Source of the DNA: the human T2T-CHM13v2.0 reference genome, Homo sapiens
Reading direction: 5' to 3' (one strand)
Assembly: GCF_009914755.1 (NCBI RefSeq)
Contig: NC_060928.1
DNA length: 64,000 nt
Below are positions 10,271-23,584 of the stretch, piece after piece; the stretch's first letter is position 1, and every line of letters starts with the position of its first letter. The notes under the pieces were generated by a model. That model was not told the origin of the DNA, made no database searches, and worked only from the letters and a program-made list of their open reading frames with translations. The position numbers were made by a program, and so were the translations under genes.

Positions 10271-13200
10271 ATAACAGGATCAAACCCACACATAGCAATA
10301 CTAACCTTGAATGTAAACAGGCTAAATGCCCTAATTTAAAGGCACAGGGTGGAAAACTGATTTAAAAAGCAAGACCCAATGGTTTGCTGTCTTCAAGAGA
10401 CCCATCTCACAGGTAATAACACTCATAGACTCAAAATAAAGGGATGGAGGAAAATCTACCAAGCAAATGGAAAACAGAAAAATGCAGGGTTTGTAATCCT
10501 AATTGCAGACAAAATAAAGATTTTTTTAAAAAGACAAAAAAGGGCATTACATAATGGTAAAGGTTTCAATTAAGACCTAATTTTCCTAAATACATGTACA
10601 CCCAACACATTAGCACCCAGGTTCATAAAGCAAGTTCTTAAGGAGATACAAAGAGACATAGATCCCCACATAGTAATAGTAGGAGATTTCAACACTCCAC
10701 TGATGGTATTAGACAGATCATTGAGGCAGAAAATTAGCATGGACATTCAGGACTGAAACTCAGCATTGGACCAAATGGATCTGATAGGCCTTTACAGAAC
10801 TCTTCACCTCCAAAACAACAAAATATATGTTGTTCTCATCACCACATTACCCATACTCTAAAACTGACAACATAATAGGGCATAAAGCAATCCTCAACAA
10901 ATGTAAAAGAACTAAATCCAACCAAACAAACTCTTGGACCACATCACAATAAAGATAGAACTCAAGACTAAGAATATCCCTCAAAGCCACGCAATTACAT
11001 GGAAATCAAACAACATAATCCTGAATAACTATTGTTATTGTTATTGTTGTTATTGTTATTGTTATATAACAAAGATCTAACATATTAGAATCTCTGGGAC
11101 ACAGCTAAGGAAGTGTTAAGAGGGAAATTCATAGCACTAAATGACCACATCACAAAGTTAGAAAGATCTCAAATTAAAAACTTAACATGACAAATGAAAG
11201 AGAAGCAAGAACAAATCAGCCACAAAACTAGCAGATGAGAAGTAACAAAACTCAGAGCTAAACTGAAGGAAATTGAGGCGTGGAAAACCATTGAAAAGAT
11301 AAATCCAGGAGTTGGTTTTTTGGGAATATTAATAAGACAGGCCACTAGCTAGACTAATAAAGAAGAAAAGAGAGAAGATCCAAATAAACACAATTAGAAA
11401 TGATGAAGGAAATGTTACTACTGATGCCACAGAAATAAGAACAACTGTAAAAACTACTATAAATACGTCTATGCACATAAACTCGAAAATCTGGAAGAAA
11501 TAGATAAATTCATGGACACACACACCCTCCCAAAACTAAGCCAGGAAGAAATTGATTCCCCAAACACACCAATAACAAACTCCAAAATTGAATTAGTAAT
11601 AAATAGCCTACAACCAAAAACAGCCCAGGACCTAATAGATTCACAGTCAACTTCAGCACCATTCCCAGTGAAACTATTCCAAAAAATTGACCAGGAGAGA
11701 CTCCACCCCAACTCATTCTATGAGGCCAGCATCATCTTCATACCAAAACCTGGCAGAAACACAACAAAAAAAGAAAACTTCAGGCCGATATCCTTGATGA
11801 ACATTGACTCAGAAATCCTCAACAAAATGCTTGCAAACCAAACCCAGAAGCTCATCAAGAAGCTAATCCACCATGATCAAGTAGACTTTATCCCTGAAAT
11901 GCAAAGTTGTTTCAACATACACAATTCAATAAATGTGGTTCATCACAAAAACAGAACTAAAGACAAAAACCACATGATAATCTTAATAGATGCAGAAAAG
12001 GCTTTTGATAAAATTCAATATTTCTTCATGTTAAAAGCTCTGAATAAACTAGACATTGAAGGAACATTCTTCAAAATAAGCGCCATCTATGAAAAACTCA
12101 CAGGCAACATTATACTAAATGGGCAAAAGCTGGAAGCATTTCCATTGAAAACAGGCACAAGACAAGGATGCCCTCTCTCACCACTTCTATTCAACATAGC
12201 ATTGGAAGTCTTAGCCACAGAAATCAGGCAAGAGAAAGAAATAAAGGGCGCTCAAATAGGAAGCCAGGAAGTAAAGCATTTTCTGTTTGTAGATCACATT
12301 ATTCTATATCTGGAAAACCCCATAGTCTCAGCCCCACAGCTTCTTCAGCTGATAAACAACTTCAGCAAAGTTTCAGGATACAAAATCAATGTACAAAAAT
12401 CACTAGCATTGCTATACACCACAACAGTCAGACTAAGAGCAAAATCAGAAAGGCCATCTCATTCACAATTGCCATAAAAATTATAAAATACCTAGGAATA
12501 TAGCTAATTCGGGAGGAAAAGATCTCTACAACCAGAATTACAAAACACTATTCAAAGAAATCAGAGAAGACACAAACGAATGGAAAAATATCCCATGCTC
12601 ATGAATAGAAAGAATCAATATCATTAAAATTGCTATACTACCCAAAGCAATTTATAGATTCAATGCTATTCCTATCAAACTATCCATGACATTCTTCACA
12701 GAACTTGAAAAAACAATTTTAAAATTCATATGGAACAAAAAAAGCCTGAATATCCAAGGCAATCCTAAGCAAAAAGAACAAAGCTGGAGGCATCATGTTA
12801 CCTGACTTCAAACTATACTGCAGAGCTACAGTAACCAAAACAGCATGTTACTCATATAAAAACAGTCATATAGACTGGTGAAACAGAATAGAAAGCCCAG
12901 AAGCAAGGCCACACATCTATGACCATCTGATCTTCAACAAAGCTGACAAAAACAAGCAATTGGGAAAAGACTCCCTTTTCAATAAATTGTGCTGGGATAA
13001 CTGTCTTGCCATATTCAGAAGATTGAAGCTGGACCCCTCCTTACACCATATGCAAAAATCAACTTAAGATGTGTTAAAAACTTCAATGTAGAACCCAAAA
13101 CTAAAAAAAAAAAAAAAAAACCCCTAGAAGACAACCTAGGAACTACCCTCCTAGACATAGGAATGGGCAAAGATTTCATGAAAAAGACACCAAAAGCAAT

Positions 13201-13990
13201 TGCAACAGAAGCAAAAATTGACAAGTGGGATCCAATTAAACTTAAAAACTTCTGCACAGCAAAATAAACTATTAACAGAGTAAACAGACAGCCTACAGAA
13301 TGAGAGAATAATTTTTGCAAACTATGCATCTGACACAGATCTAATATCCACCATCTATAAGAAGCTTTAACAAATTTACAAGAGAAAAACAACCACAATA
13401 AAAAGTGGGCAAAGAACATGAACAGACACTTCTCAAAAGAAGACATACATGTGGCCAACAAACATGTGAAAAACAGCTCAATATCACTGATCATAAGAAA
13501 TGCAATTCAAAACCACAGTGAGCTACCATCTCACACCAGTCCGAATGGCTATTAGAAAATCAAAAAATAACAAATGCTGGTGAGGTTGTAGAGAAAAAGG
13601 AACACTTATACACTCTTGGTAGTTCCATAAGTTAGTTCTACCATTGTGGAAAGCAGTATCATGATTCCTCAAAGAGCTAAAAGCAGAACTACCATTTGAC
13701 CCAGCAATCCCATTATTGGATATATACCCAGAGGAATATAAATCATTCTACCATAAAGACACATGTTCATTACAACACTATTCACTATGGGAAAAACATG
13801 GAATCAACCTAAATGTCCATCAGTGACAGATTGAATAAAGAAAATATGGTATATATACACTATGAAATACTATGCAACCATAAAAAAGGAGATCATGTCT
13901 TTTGTGGGAACATGGATAGAGCTAAAGGCTGTTAGCAAACTAATGCAGGAAAAGAAACCAAATAACACATGATCTCACAAGTGGTAGCTA
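10271..13990 (+). pseudogene. Disrupted L1 ORF2p (endonuclease/reverse transcriptase)
   Basis: Start codon reads ATA at 10271. CCLQETHL motif (10379..). ORF 11512..12477 has [20 protein letters not shown] and [15 protein letters not shown], but the catalytic FADD reads FVDH. Confidence 0.95.
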
Positions 13991-14499
13991 AATGATAAAA
14001 ACTTATAAACTCAAAGCAGGAAACAACAGATACAGGGTCTACTTGAAGGTGGAGGGTGGGAGAAGGGAGAGGAGCAGAAAATATAACGAATGGCTATTAG
14101 GCTTCATATCTGGGTGATGAAATAATCTGTACAACAAACCCCCGTGATACATGTTTACCTGTGCAACAAACCTTCACATGTACCCCCAAACCTAAAATAC
14201 ATGTTAAAAAAAGAAATACCAAAAAAGGAATAAAAATACTAAGCAGAAAGTTTATTTCCTTAGTACTACTATAAAAAGGATTATCTATGTGTAACCTCTT
14301 AACGAATGCCGGCACATGTGCTGTTTCACTGTTGAAACATTGACACAATAATCTATGACCCAAATGGATGATTTTGTAAGTAAATAAAATACTCAAAAAT
14401 GTTCAAGTCTTTTATTTGATTTTTTTTCATCTACACCAAGTGCAGGTGAAATAGAAAGTTTAACATTGGAAAATCCAACGTTTTTCAGCTTGTCACATG

Positions 14500-14792
14500 G
14501 TGTATTTTCATCTTTCAGTTTAAATATTACCTCCATACTCAGACTTTCTCTGGCTATTTGAAGTACAGCTCCCTGTGTATCTCACAGGCATTTTATTTTT
14601 TTCCAAATGCTTACCACAATGTGTGATTATGCTACTTGTGTGTTTAAGCATTTGTTGTCTGTCTTCCTAACTAGAACAGGAGCTTCATAAGAACAGGGAA
14701 TGTGTTTGTCTTGAACATCACTCTATTGCTAGTGCTGGTGAAATGACTGGCTCATAGCAGACGCTCAACTCATTTTCTGCATGTATGAATAA
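14500..14792 (+). mobile_element. L2 3' end
   Basis: tgtctgtcttcctaactagaacaggagcttcataagaacaggga...tggctcatagcagacgctcaa. Confidence 0.7.
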
Positions 14793-15104
14793 GTTTTGCA
14801 CTTACACCGTGGAAATATAGTGAGTGGTAAGTTTATATGACCCAACCATCAGCTGCTAATGAAGTGATTGTAAATTCTTTCTTTTCATTGTATTCTAAAC
14901 CTCTCCATCACTCTTTGTCTAATGCGTAATAAAAACATGTCCTTTGGAGTTGGATAGTCCTAGGTTTGAATCCCATCTTGACAAGATTATTCTTTAACTC
15001 ATCTAGTAGTAAAATCCAGGCATGATGTTAGATATTATGAACTGCTAAAGAGTGACAGTTTGTAAAGTGAAAAATGGGCAGCTACCAGACTATAAAGAGA
15101 CTAA

Positions 15105-15292
15105 TATGTAATTATTTATCAAATTTGCTTGTTCACTAGGATCCGTGGGGCTTGTTAAAATGTATAGAATTATAGCAACTCATGCTCTCCCAGAACCACT
15201 GAGGTTAACTTTCCAGGTGTGACACTTAGAAATTTGGATATCTAGCAAGAATATATTTTCTTCTTATGATTAAGCAAGTTTAGAGAATATTA
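15105..15292. mobile_element. Probable MER5-family (hAT-Charlie) fragment
   Basis: ggggcttgttaaaatg...ttcttatgattaagcaagtttagagaatattag resembles MER5 ends. Confidence 0.45.
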
Positions 15293-15329
15293 GCATATTG
15301 CAAACTAAAGATTTAACCTGAAAAATCAA

Positions 15330-16150
15330 AAAAAGCAGTAAAAACATTTAAGCTGGGAGAAATCTTTTGTAAGGATTTTCTGGTGGCTGAATGTAGCAGT
15401 CAATATAGAGGAGGCAATTATTTGTATGCTGTTAGGTAGAAAAATGGAGTTGGGCTTGGCCAATGCTTATATTTATGGGCTGGGGCTTCTGTTTGAGAAA
15501 AAACAAGTGAATAATGGTGCCCTTCACTGAAATAGGATTTAGAGGTAGAGGAGAAAATTAAGAGTTGAGAGATGTGTGTGTGAAATTAGTGAAGCTTAGA
15601 GCTGAGGGCTCAGTCTATAGAAGGATTATGAGCTTAGCTTGGGATACATCAATTTGAGGTGCCTGTGGTTCATTCCGTTCCAGTAAGCAGTTGGGAATAT
15701 GAGTCAGGGTTCTAGGTGGAGTTTTGGGTTAGATGTATTGATGTGGGAATAGTCAGCATAGAGATAACTATTGAAGTCATTGAAGTAAATTAGATTGCAG
15801 TTGGTGACTACGTAGACAAAGAAAGGAGAAAAAGCATGATGTTAGGTATCTGTGGAATTCCAACAATTAAAGTATAGACAAAGGGAGAAAGATTCACAAA
15901 AGAAACTAGGAAGCATTTGCCCAAAGAGGTAGGAGAAAATCCAGGGATGAATGATGTTATGGAATAACGCAGAAAGGATTTCCAAAAGAAAAGAGATTAT
16001 AGTATTAAATTTTGGCAAATCCAAGTAGTGTTGGAACTCAAAATGCTCATTGAGTTTATAAATAAGGAGATCACTAATGACATTTGCTGGTGAACTTTCA
16101 ATAGATAGATGACAATAGAGGTCTGATTGTAATGAGCTGCAAAATATATG
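15330..16150 (-). mobile_element. L2 internal fragment
   Basis: atggtgcccttcactgaaatagg, tttgaggtgcctgtgg, gtcagcatagagataactattgaagtcat, gaggtaggagaaaatccagg. Confidence 0.7.
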
Positions 16151-16789
16151 AAATAAAGTTACAGAGATCTTCAGAATCCCATCTATAAAATAGATACAAT
16201 TCTACCTTCTTCGAAGAACAGATGTAAGGCTTAAATGAGATCACTGTCTTCTGACACAATATTGAGCATCCAGTAGCTACTCAAAATATTTCGATGGAGA
16301 TTTTTTTCAAAATTATCAGTACAAGGCCAGACATTCCATAATAATTCAGTAGGATTTAGTTCAATTTATGTAGGCTAAAAGCAAAGATGGCATTAATTCA
16401 TATGGTGAAGATAGCAACTCATTTTCATAATTATTTTTTACTAATGAGGAGGACATAGGACAATCCCTTTGAGCACATAGAGTTTATAAAATTTATCTAG
16501 ATAAAATGTGCTGAAGCCCAATCAAAAATAAGTAAAGTATACATTGATATGTTTGGTCAAAATGAAGCACTTAAAACTCTATGTATGCAAAGACAGACAT
16601 AATTTAATAAACTTATACTCATAAATCAATTTTACACTCCAATCCAGAATAATGCTTATATACTATATTGTGAGTGGCAGAGATCAAGGGAGCATGAATA
16701 GGAACTGTAAGAAACGTTATTGTTAGATAATTAATTCATTTTTATGCTTAGTTTTGAGCGAATTCTATAAGTGAAACAAATGTCATTAC

Positions 16790-16945
16790 AAATATCACAT
16801 AGCTTCCTAAACTTTACCATAACTACTAAGCAGAAGATTCTCATTCCTCTTTTGCAGATGAAAAGATGGGGGCTCACAGAGAATAAGAGTTGTCTGGGAG
16901 ACACAGTTATTTAGCAAAAGTGCTGAGATTTAGCCTCTGACTGTT
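16790..16945 (-). mobile_element. MIR fragment
   Basis: cattcctcttttgcagatgaaaagatggggggctcacagaga core on the reverse strand. Confidence 0.65.
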
Positions 16946-17361
16946 TAAATCTGAACAAACTAGGATGTATTTTCTGTTATTGTTTTTGGCATCACTACTC
17001 AAAGAAGCAAGGCATTGAGTTACAGTCATGATTCAGCCCCATAAACAAATATCTATTGGTTAATGGGTGTAGTTCTCTGTAAAATCTTTACAAGTCAATG
17101 GGTATGATATGACATTGCCATTTGCTTAATTAAAGATAAATAAAATAATTATACATACCCTCAAAGGACTTCTGATTAGTTAGGACTTGTTAGTAGTAGT
17201 ACTATATACAAGGGAAAGAAAGTTTTACTCATCTTTAACTTCAGAAAGTTTAAAGGCTGGAGTTTTATTCACCTTTGAGTGCAGCTTTGTTCTTGGGCAC
17301 TGCCTTGTGCAGAGTTGGCACTGGATGTTGTTTATAGAGATTAAAAAATTAGTAAAGATGA

Positions 17362-17738
17362 CATCTTAGTTTATTCCTGATGCTATAACAAAATGCCACA
17401 GGCTGGGTAATTTGTAAAGAACAGAAATTTATTTCCTCAGAGTTCTAGAGTCTGGGGAATCCAAAATCAAGGTACCAGCAAGTTTAGTGTCTGGAGAGGG
17501 CTCCGTCTTTGTTTCCAAGATGCCACCTTACTGCTGTGTTCTCACAGCGCAGAAGCTGGAAGAGCAAAAAAGCTCAGCTAGTTCCCTTCAGTGCTCTTAT
17601 AAGGCCCTGATTCCAGTTATGAGGGTGAAGGCCCCATAGTCTAATTGCCTCCTAAAGGCCCTAACTCTTAATACTGTTGCATTGGGAATTAAGTTGCAAC
17701 ACAAATTTTGGAGGGGAGACAAACATTCAAATATAGCA
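17362..17738 (-). mobile_element. MST/MLT1A-type MaLR solo LTR
   Basis: tcttagt...gctataacaaaatgccacaggctgggtaattt...aaacattcaaatatagca; perfect 5-bp TSD gatga (17357-17361 / 17739-17743). Confidence 0.9.
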
Positions 17739-18015
17739 GATGATGAATTACTGAAGTACCCAGACACTGGCAATCTGTGGAGCCAAGAGTGCAAAATGAA
17801 ACTGGTTTTCCATTGTGCCTGGAGCCAGAATGGCAAAAACTGTGTGCCATTGGTGAAATGAATAAATACGTTGTTAAATCTTTCAACAGAGAGGGTACCA
17901 TTATGGGTTTGTTAATTGGTTAAGCTACAACCCACATGCAGATGGCTGCTCTAATCAGGAATTCACTCCAATGGTGTCTAGCTAGCATTCTAATTAGGTA
18001 ACTCTTGCATCTAAA

Positions 18016-18275
18016 AATAAGTTCCAGAGACCTGCTATACAGTATAGTGCCTATAGCTAACAATATTGTATTGTATATGAAATTCGCTAAAGGGCTAGAT
18101 CTTACAAAAAATAATAATAAAGGTCACAAGAGAAAACTCTGGAGGTGATGAATATGCTTACGGCCTTGATGATGGTGATAGTTTCACAGGTGTATAATCA
18201 TCTCCAAACTTATTGAGGTTTATACATTACTTATATGCCAATCATACTTCATTCAATAAAGTAGTTTTAAAAAGA
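18016..18275 (+). mobile_element. L1MB-type 3' end
   Basis: aataagttccagagacctgctatacag...ggaggtgatgaatatg...gatagtttcacaggtgtat...caataaagtag. Confidence 0.75.
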
Positions 18276-18791
18276 ATGTGAATAAAATAAATGTATTCTT
18301 CTCCTAGACTAAAAGTATTTTTTGAAAGGAAAAGTCTTATTCTAGAATTGGCATTTATCTGCACTTCTGTTACCCATATCTAGATCAATAACAATGATTC
18401 GCTAATTAACTTAGGAATTATCAGAAAAAAAATGATCAAATTTAGTATCCTGTCAAATACCATGGTTAATATTAGAAATGGGTTATCTCTGGTAAAATTA
18501 CTCAAATTACATGGACCAGCAAACATATTTTAGAAAAATTCTCACCATTGCATTAACAGGGTATACAAATGCAGAGAATTCTCTAGCCAGTACATCACAG
18601 AAATGTTTCCAAAAGTTTCTGTGCCAGGATATTGGCCAGGAAGGTTTTCGGTTGCCTTATAATAGACCATAAATGAAAGATCCCTTTGTATGGCCTGTTG
18701 TTACATCTGCTTTGAGTGAATATTTCATGCAAGATGATGGCCAAAGTCCTTAAAACTGTAACTTCATCAAATTTAAACAACAAATCGTGTG

Positions 18792-21173
18792 TGGTGGCTG
18801 GCAAGATGGCCAAATAGGAACAGCCTGAGTGTGCAGCTCCCAGTGAGATCAATGCATAAGGCCGGTAATTTCTGCATTTCCACCTGAGGTACCCAGCTCA
18901 TCTCATCATGCTAAAAACTCAGTTAAATAGGTATTGATGAAATATATCTCAAAATAATAAGAGCTATTTATGACAGACCAACAGCCAATATCATACTGAA
19001 TGAGCAAAAGCAGGAAGCATTTGCTTTGCAAACTGGCACAAGACAAGGATGCCCTCTCTCACTACTCCTATTCAGCATAGTATTGGAAGTTTTTGCCAGG
19101 GCAGTCAGGCAAGAGAAAGAAATAAAGTGTATTCAGATAGGAAGAGAGGAAGTCAAATTGTCTCTGTTTGCAGATAATATGATTATATATTTAGAAAACC
19201 CCATCGTCTAAGCCCAAAATCTCCTTAAGCTGATAAGCAACTTAGCCAAAGTCTCAGGATACAAATTCAATATGCAAAAATCACAAGCATTCCTATATAC
19301 CAATAATAGCCAAATAGCCAAATCATGAGTGAACTCCCATTCACAATTGCTACAAAGAAAATAAAATATCTAGGAATACAACTTACAAGGGATGTGAAGG
19401 ATCTTTTCAAGGACAACTACAAACCACTGCTCAAGGAAATAAGAGAGGACACAAACGAGTGTGAAGGACCTCTTCAAGAAGAACCATAAACAACTGCTCA
19501 AGGAAATAAGTAAGGACACAAACAAATGGAAAAACTTTGCATGCTCATGGATAGGAAGAATCAATACCATGAAAATGGCCATACTGCTCAAAGCAATTTA
19601 TAGAATCAATGCTATCCCTGTCAAGCTACCATTGACTTTCTCCACAGAATTAAGAAACTACTTTAGCTTTCATACAGAACCAGAAAGAGCCTGCATAGCC
19701 AAGACAATCCTAAGCAAAAAGAACAAAGCTGGAGGCATCAAGCTACCTGACTTCAAACTATACTACAAGGCTACAGTAACCAAAACAGCATGGTGCTGGT
19801 ACCAAAACAGATGTATAGACCAATGGAACAGAAGAGAGGCCTCAGAAATGACACCACACATCTACAACCATCTGATCTTTGACAAACCTGACAAAAACAA
19901 GCAATGGAGAAAAGATTCCCTATTTATTAAATGACGTCGGGAAAACTGGCTAGCCATATGCAGAAAACTGAAACTGGACCCCTTCCTTACACCTTATACA
20001 AAAATTAATTCAAGATGGATTAAAGACTTAAATGTAAGACCTAAAACCATAAAAACCCTCGAAGAAAATCGAGCCAACACCGTTCAGGACATAGGCGTGG
20101 GCAAAGACTTCATGACTAAAACACCAAAAGCAATGGCAACAAAAGCCAAAATTGACAAATGGGATCTAATTCAACTAAAGAGCTTCTGCACAGCAAAAGA
20201 AACTACCATCAGAGTGAACAGGCAACCTGCAGAATGGTAGAAAATTTTTGCAATCTATCCATCTGACAAAGAGCTAATATCCAGAATCTATAGGGAACTT
20301 AAACAAATTTACATGAAAATACAAACAACCCCATCAAAAAGTGGGCAAAGGATATGAATCGAGACTTCTCAAAAGAAGACATTCATGCAGCCAACAAACA
20401 CATGTAAAAAAGCTTATCATCACTGGCCATTAGAGAAATGCAAATCAAAACCACAGTGAGATAGCATCTCAGGCCAGTTAGAACAGCAATCATTAAAAAA
20501 TCTGGAAACAACAGATGCTGGAGAGGATGTGGAGAAATAGGAATACTTTTACACTGTTGGTGGGAGTGTAAATTGTTCAACCATTGTGGAAGACAGTGTG
20601 GCAATTCCTCAAGTATCTAGAATTAGAAATACCATTTGTCTCAGCAATCGCATTACTGGATATATACCCAAAAGATTATAAATCATTCTACTATAAAGAC
20701 ACATGCACACGTATGTTTATTGCAGCACTCTTCACAGTTGCAAAGACTTGGAACCAACCCAAATGCCCATCAATGATAGACTGGCTAAAGAAAATGTGGC
20801 ACATATATACCGTGGAATACTATGCAGCCATAAGAAAGGATGAGTTCATGTCCTTTACAGGGACATGGATGAAGCTGGAAACCATCATTCTCAGCAAACT
20901 AACACAGGAAAAGAAAACCAAACACCACATGTTCTCACTCATAAGTGGGAGTTGAACAATGAGAACACGTGAACTCAGGGAGGAGAATATCACACACCAG
21001 GACCTGTCAGGGGGTAGGGGAGCTAGGGGAGGGATAGCGTTAGGAGAAATACCTAATGTAGTTGATGGGTTGATGGATGCAGCAAACCACCGTGGCACAT
21101 TTATACCTATGCAACAAACTTGCATGTTCTTCACATGTATCCCAGAACTTAAAGGATAATAAAATAAATAAGT
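18792..21173 (+). mobile_element. L1PA7-like LINE-1 with both ends intact and a large internal deletion
   Basis: First ~115 nt of 5'UTR joined at 18906/18907 to mid-ORF2. 3'UTR is L1PA7-like (gctaggggagggatagc...cacatgtatcccagaacttaaag). TSD aacaaatcgtgtg (18779-18791) / aacaaatcatgtg (21174-21186). Confidence 0.93.
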
Positions 21174-21756
21174 AACAAATCATGTGGACATTTAAAGTCT
21201 GCTTCCAAATAAATGCTTTTAAAAAAACACGATAGTTTATGTGAGAGATGTTGGTCTGAAACCTGCTGTTATTATAACCAAATAGCAAACTTGTAGAGGA
21301 TTAACCAGCCACAGCCCTCCTCAGACTTCTTGGTTGGCCTGTTTTCTACCACTAGGAATCTGTCAGATATATATATATGTATCTAATTTAGTTCAAGACC
21401 ATGTGCATAAAAGAAATGCTTGTGGACCAAAACATAATGAAGAGACATAGAAACAGTTACAGCTGTCTAAAATAAACATCTATAATAAATATCATCATCC
21501 AAGAGTAGAAAAAGATCTAGGAGGCCAACAATCCTGTCTCTCAAGATCCCACTCCTTTTTCTATTTTCTGATCATCTAGAATCCCCTTTAGCATTTCCAC
21601 AAAGCTTCTTTTCTACATAGTTCAGGGTCTCAGAGAACACTGTCGCAACCATTGGTATACCTTTCTGACATGAAAGCACTCATTAAAACAACACCTTATA
21701 AAACTACCAGTTTTTCAAATATTTTTCAAAAGCATATTGCATTCTAATGTGTAATA

Positions 21757-22150
21757 TGAATGCTTTGCTGCTTAGAATTTCTTCCACCAGATACCCTAAA
21801 TCATCTCTCTCAAGTTCAAAGTTCCACAAATCTCTAGGGCAAGGGGCAAAATGCCACCAGTCTCTTTGCTAAAACATAACAAGGGTCACTTTGCTCCAGT
21901 TCCCAAGAAGTTCCTCATCTCCATCTGAGACCACCTCAGCCTGGACCTTATTGTTCATATTACTAACAGCATTTTTGTCAAAGGCATTCAACGAGTCATC
22001 TCTAGGAATTTTCAAACTTTCCCACATTTTCCTCTTTTCTTCTGAGTCCTTCAAATTGTTCCAACCTCTGCCTGTTACCTAATTCCAAATTCACTTCCAC
22101 CATTCTGGGTGTCTTTTCATCAATGATCCACTCTACTGGTACCAATTTAT
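21757..22150 (-). mobile_element. THE1/MST internal region, 5' part only
   Basis: Characteristic MaLR-int sequence. Reverse ORF 21869..22054 (SEEKRKMWESL...NNKVQAEVVSDGDEELLGNWSK). Confidence 0.9.
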
Positions 22151-22515
22151 TGTATTAGTCTGTTTTCATGCTGCTGATGAAGACATATCCGAGACTGGAA
22201 ATTTACAAAAGAAAGAGGTTTATTGAACTCACAGTTCCACATGGCTGGGGAGGCCTCACAATCATGGTAGAAGGCAAGGAGGAGCTAGTTGCATCTTACA
22301 TGGATAGTAGCAGGCAAAGAGAGAGCTTGTTCAGGGAAACTCCCATTTTTTTAAAACCATTAGATCTCGTGAGACTCATTCACTTCATTAGAACAGCGTA
22401 GGAAAGACGTGCCCACATAACTCACCTTCCACTGGGTTTCTCCCATGACACATGGAAATTGTGAGAGTTACAATTCAAGTTGAGATTTGTGTTGGGACAT
22501 AGCCAAACCATATCA
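22151..22515 (-). mobile_element. THE1B-like 5' LTR
   Basis: tgtattagtctgttttcatgctgctgatgaagacatatccgagactgg...gggacatagccaaaccatatca. Confidence 0.92.
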
Positions 22516-23374
22516 CCCTCTAACAGAGGTTATTCCACAGCATTTAGAGAAGAAGCAAAATAGTACATGGTTCTGAATGCATTCTAAAAATGTTTGATTG
22601 GAGCACCTGTTAATTCTTTGTCTTTAATTTTGCATATAGATACCATGTTTGGTGCCAAAGCAACTCAAAGTTTTATTTTTGTGTTAGGGAATCAATATTA
22701 GTGACTGAATGGGACAAGTTCATCTATCTATGCAATATTAAAATGTGACTGATGTGGTAAAACTACATCTAGTTGGCAGGAACAGAGATATTTGATAGCA
22801 GAATAACTGGGATATTGCCAAATAATTTTTTTCCCTCCTCTCCCTCAGTGACATCTGGATCAGAACCAACGTAAGAACTATCACATTTCTGGAATGTTCT
22901 GAGGTCTCCTTTCTGAGAGTTGCTGCTACTCTCTTCCTTAAATGTACATTTACTCTCATATTAACATAGGTTTCATCTGTGGAATAGTTTTTATTACAAC
23001 TTGTGCCTTTTAATACAAAATTATATAATTTAATAGAGTGGGAGAGTTAATTTTTCACAAGACACTGTTTCAAAATTTTTCATCCTGCAAACTGCTTTTT
23101 CCTCATTTTGGTGGTATCGTTGACAGAGCCTGAGGTTAGCCCCCAGGCATAAATGCACAATTTTGGGGAAAAGGTTTAAATCCTCCAATGCAGATTTGCA
23201 ACAAGATTTTTTTTAACCTGCAAAAGAATCATTTCTTAAAATGCTGCATTAAAAGTCCTTGACACAGCATCAGACAAAAATGGTAAATACAGACATAGGC
23301 ACAATAGATGACTAAATATATCTCACCTCACCTCAATAGACTTTTTGGTATTTAGTTTTTCAGTGATCTGTTAA

Positions 23375-23584
<210 letters not shown>

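Larger units (their letters stand above)
7058..14210 (+). mobile_element. Full-length inactive LINE-1, L1PA13-16 group (3' end most like L1PA14)
   Basis: 5' end gagtggccaagatggcc with YY1 motif, ~2 kb 5'UTR, ORF1 and ORF2 remnants, 3'UTR and short A tail. TSD aagaaatatcaa (7046-7057) / aagaaataccaa (14211-14222). Confidence 0.95.

Noticed and set aside
11512-12477. 321-aa reverse transcriptase ORF as an active or novel RT system
   Set aside because: It is a fragment of L1 ORF2. The catalytic FADD reads FVDH, the ORF2 start is ATA, and the flanking ORF2 is frameshifted.
18880-18910. Spliced L1 retrocopy (SpIRE) explanation for the mini-L1
   Set aside because: The donor GT at ~18889 is retained and the junction lies about 18 nt downstream of it, so it is not a GT-AG join.
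21869-22054. Short ORF as a host gene
   Set aside because: Remnant of the MaLR internal ORF next to a THE1 LTR.
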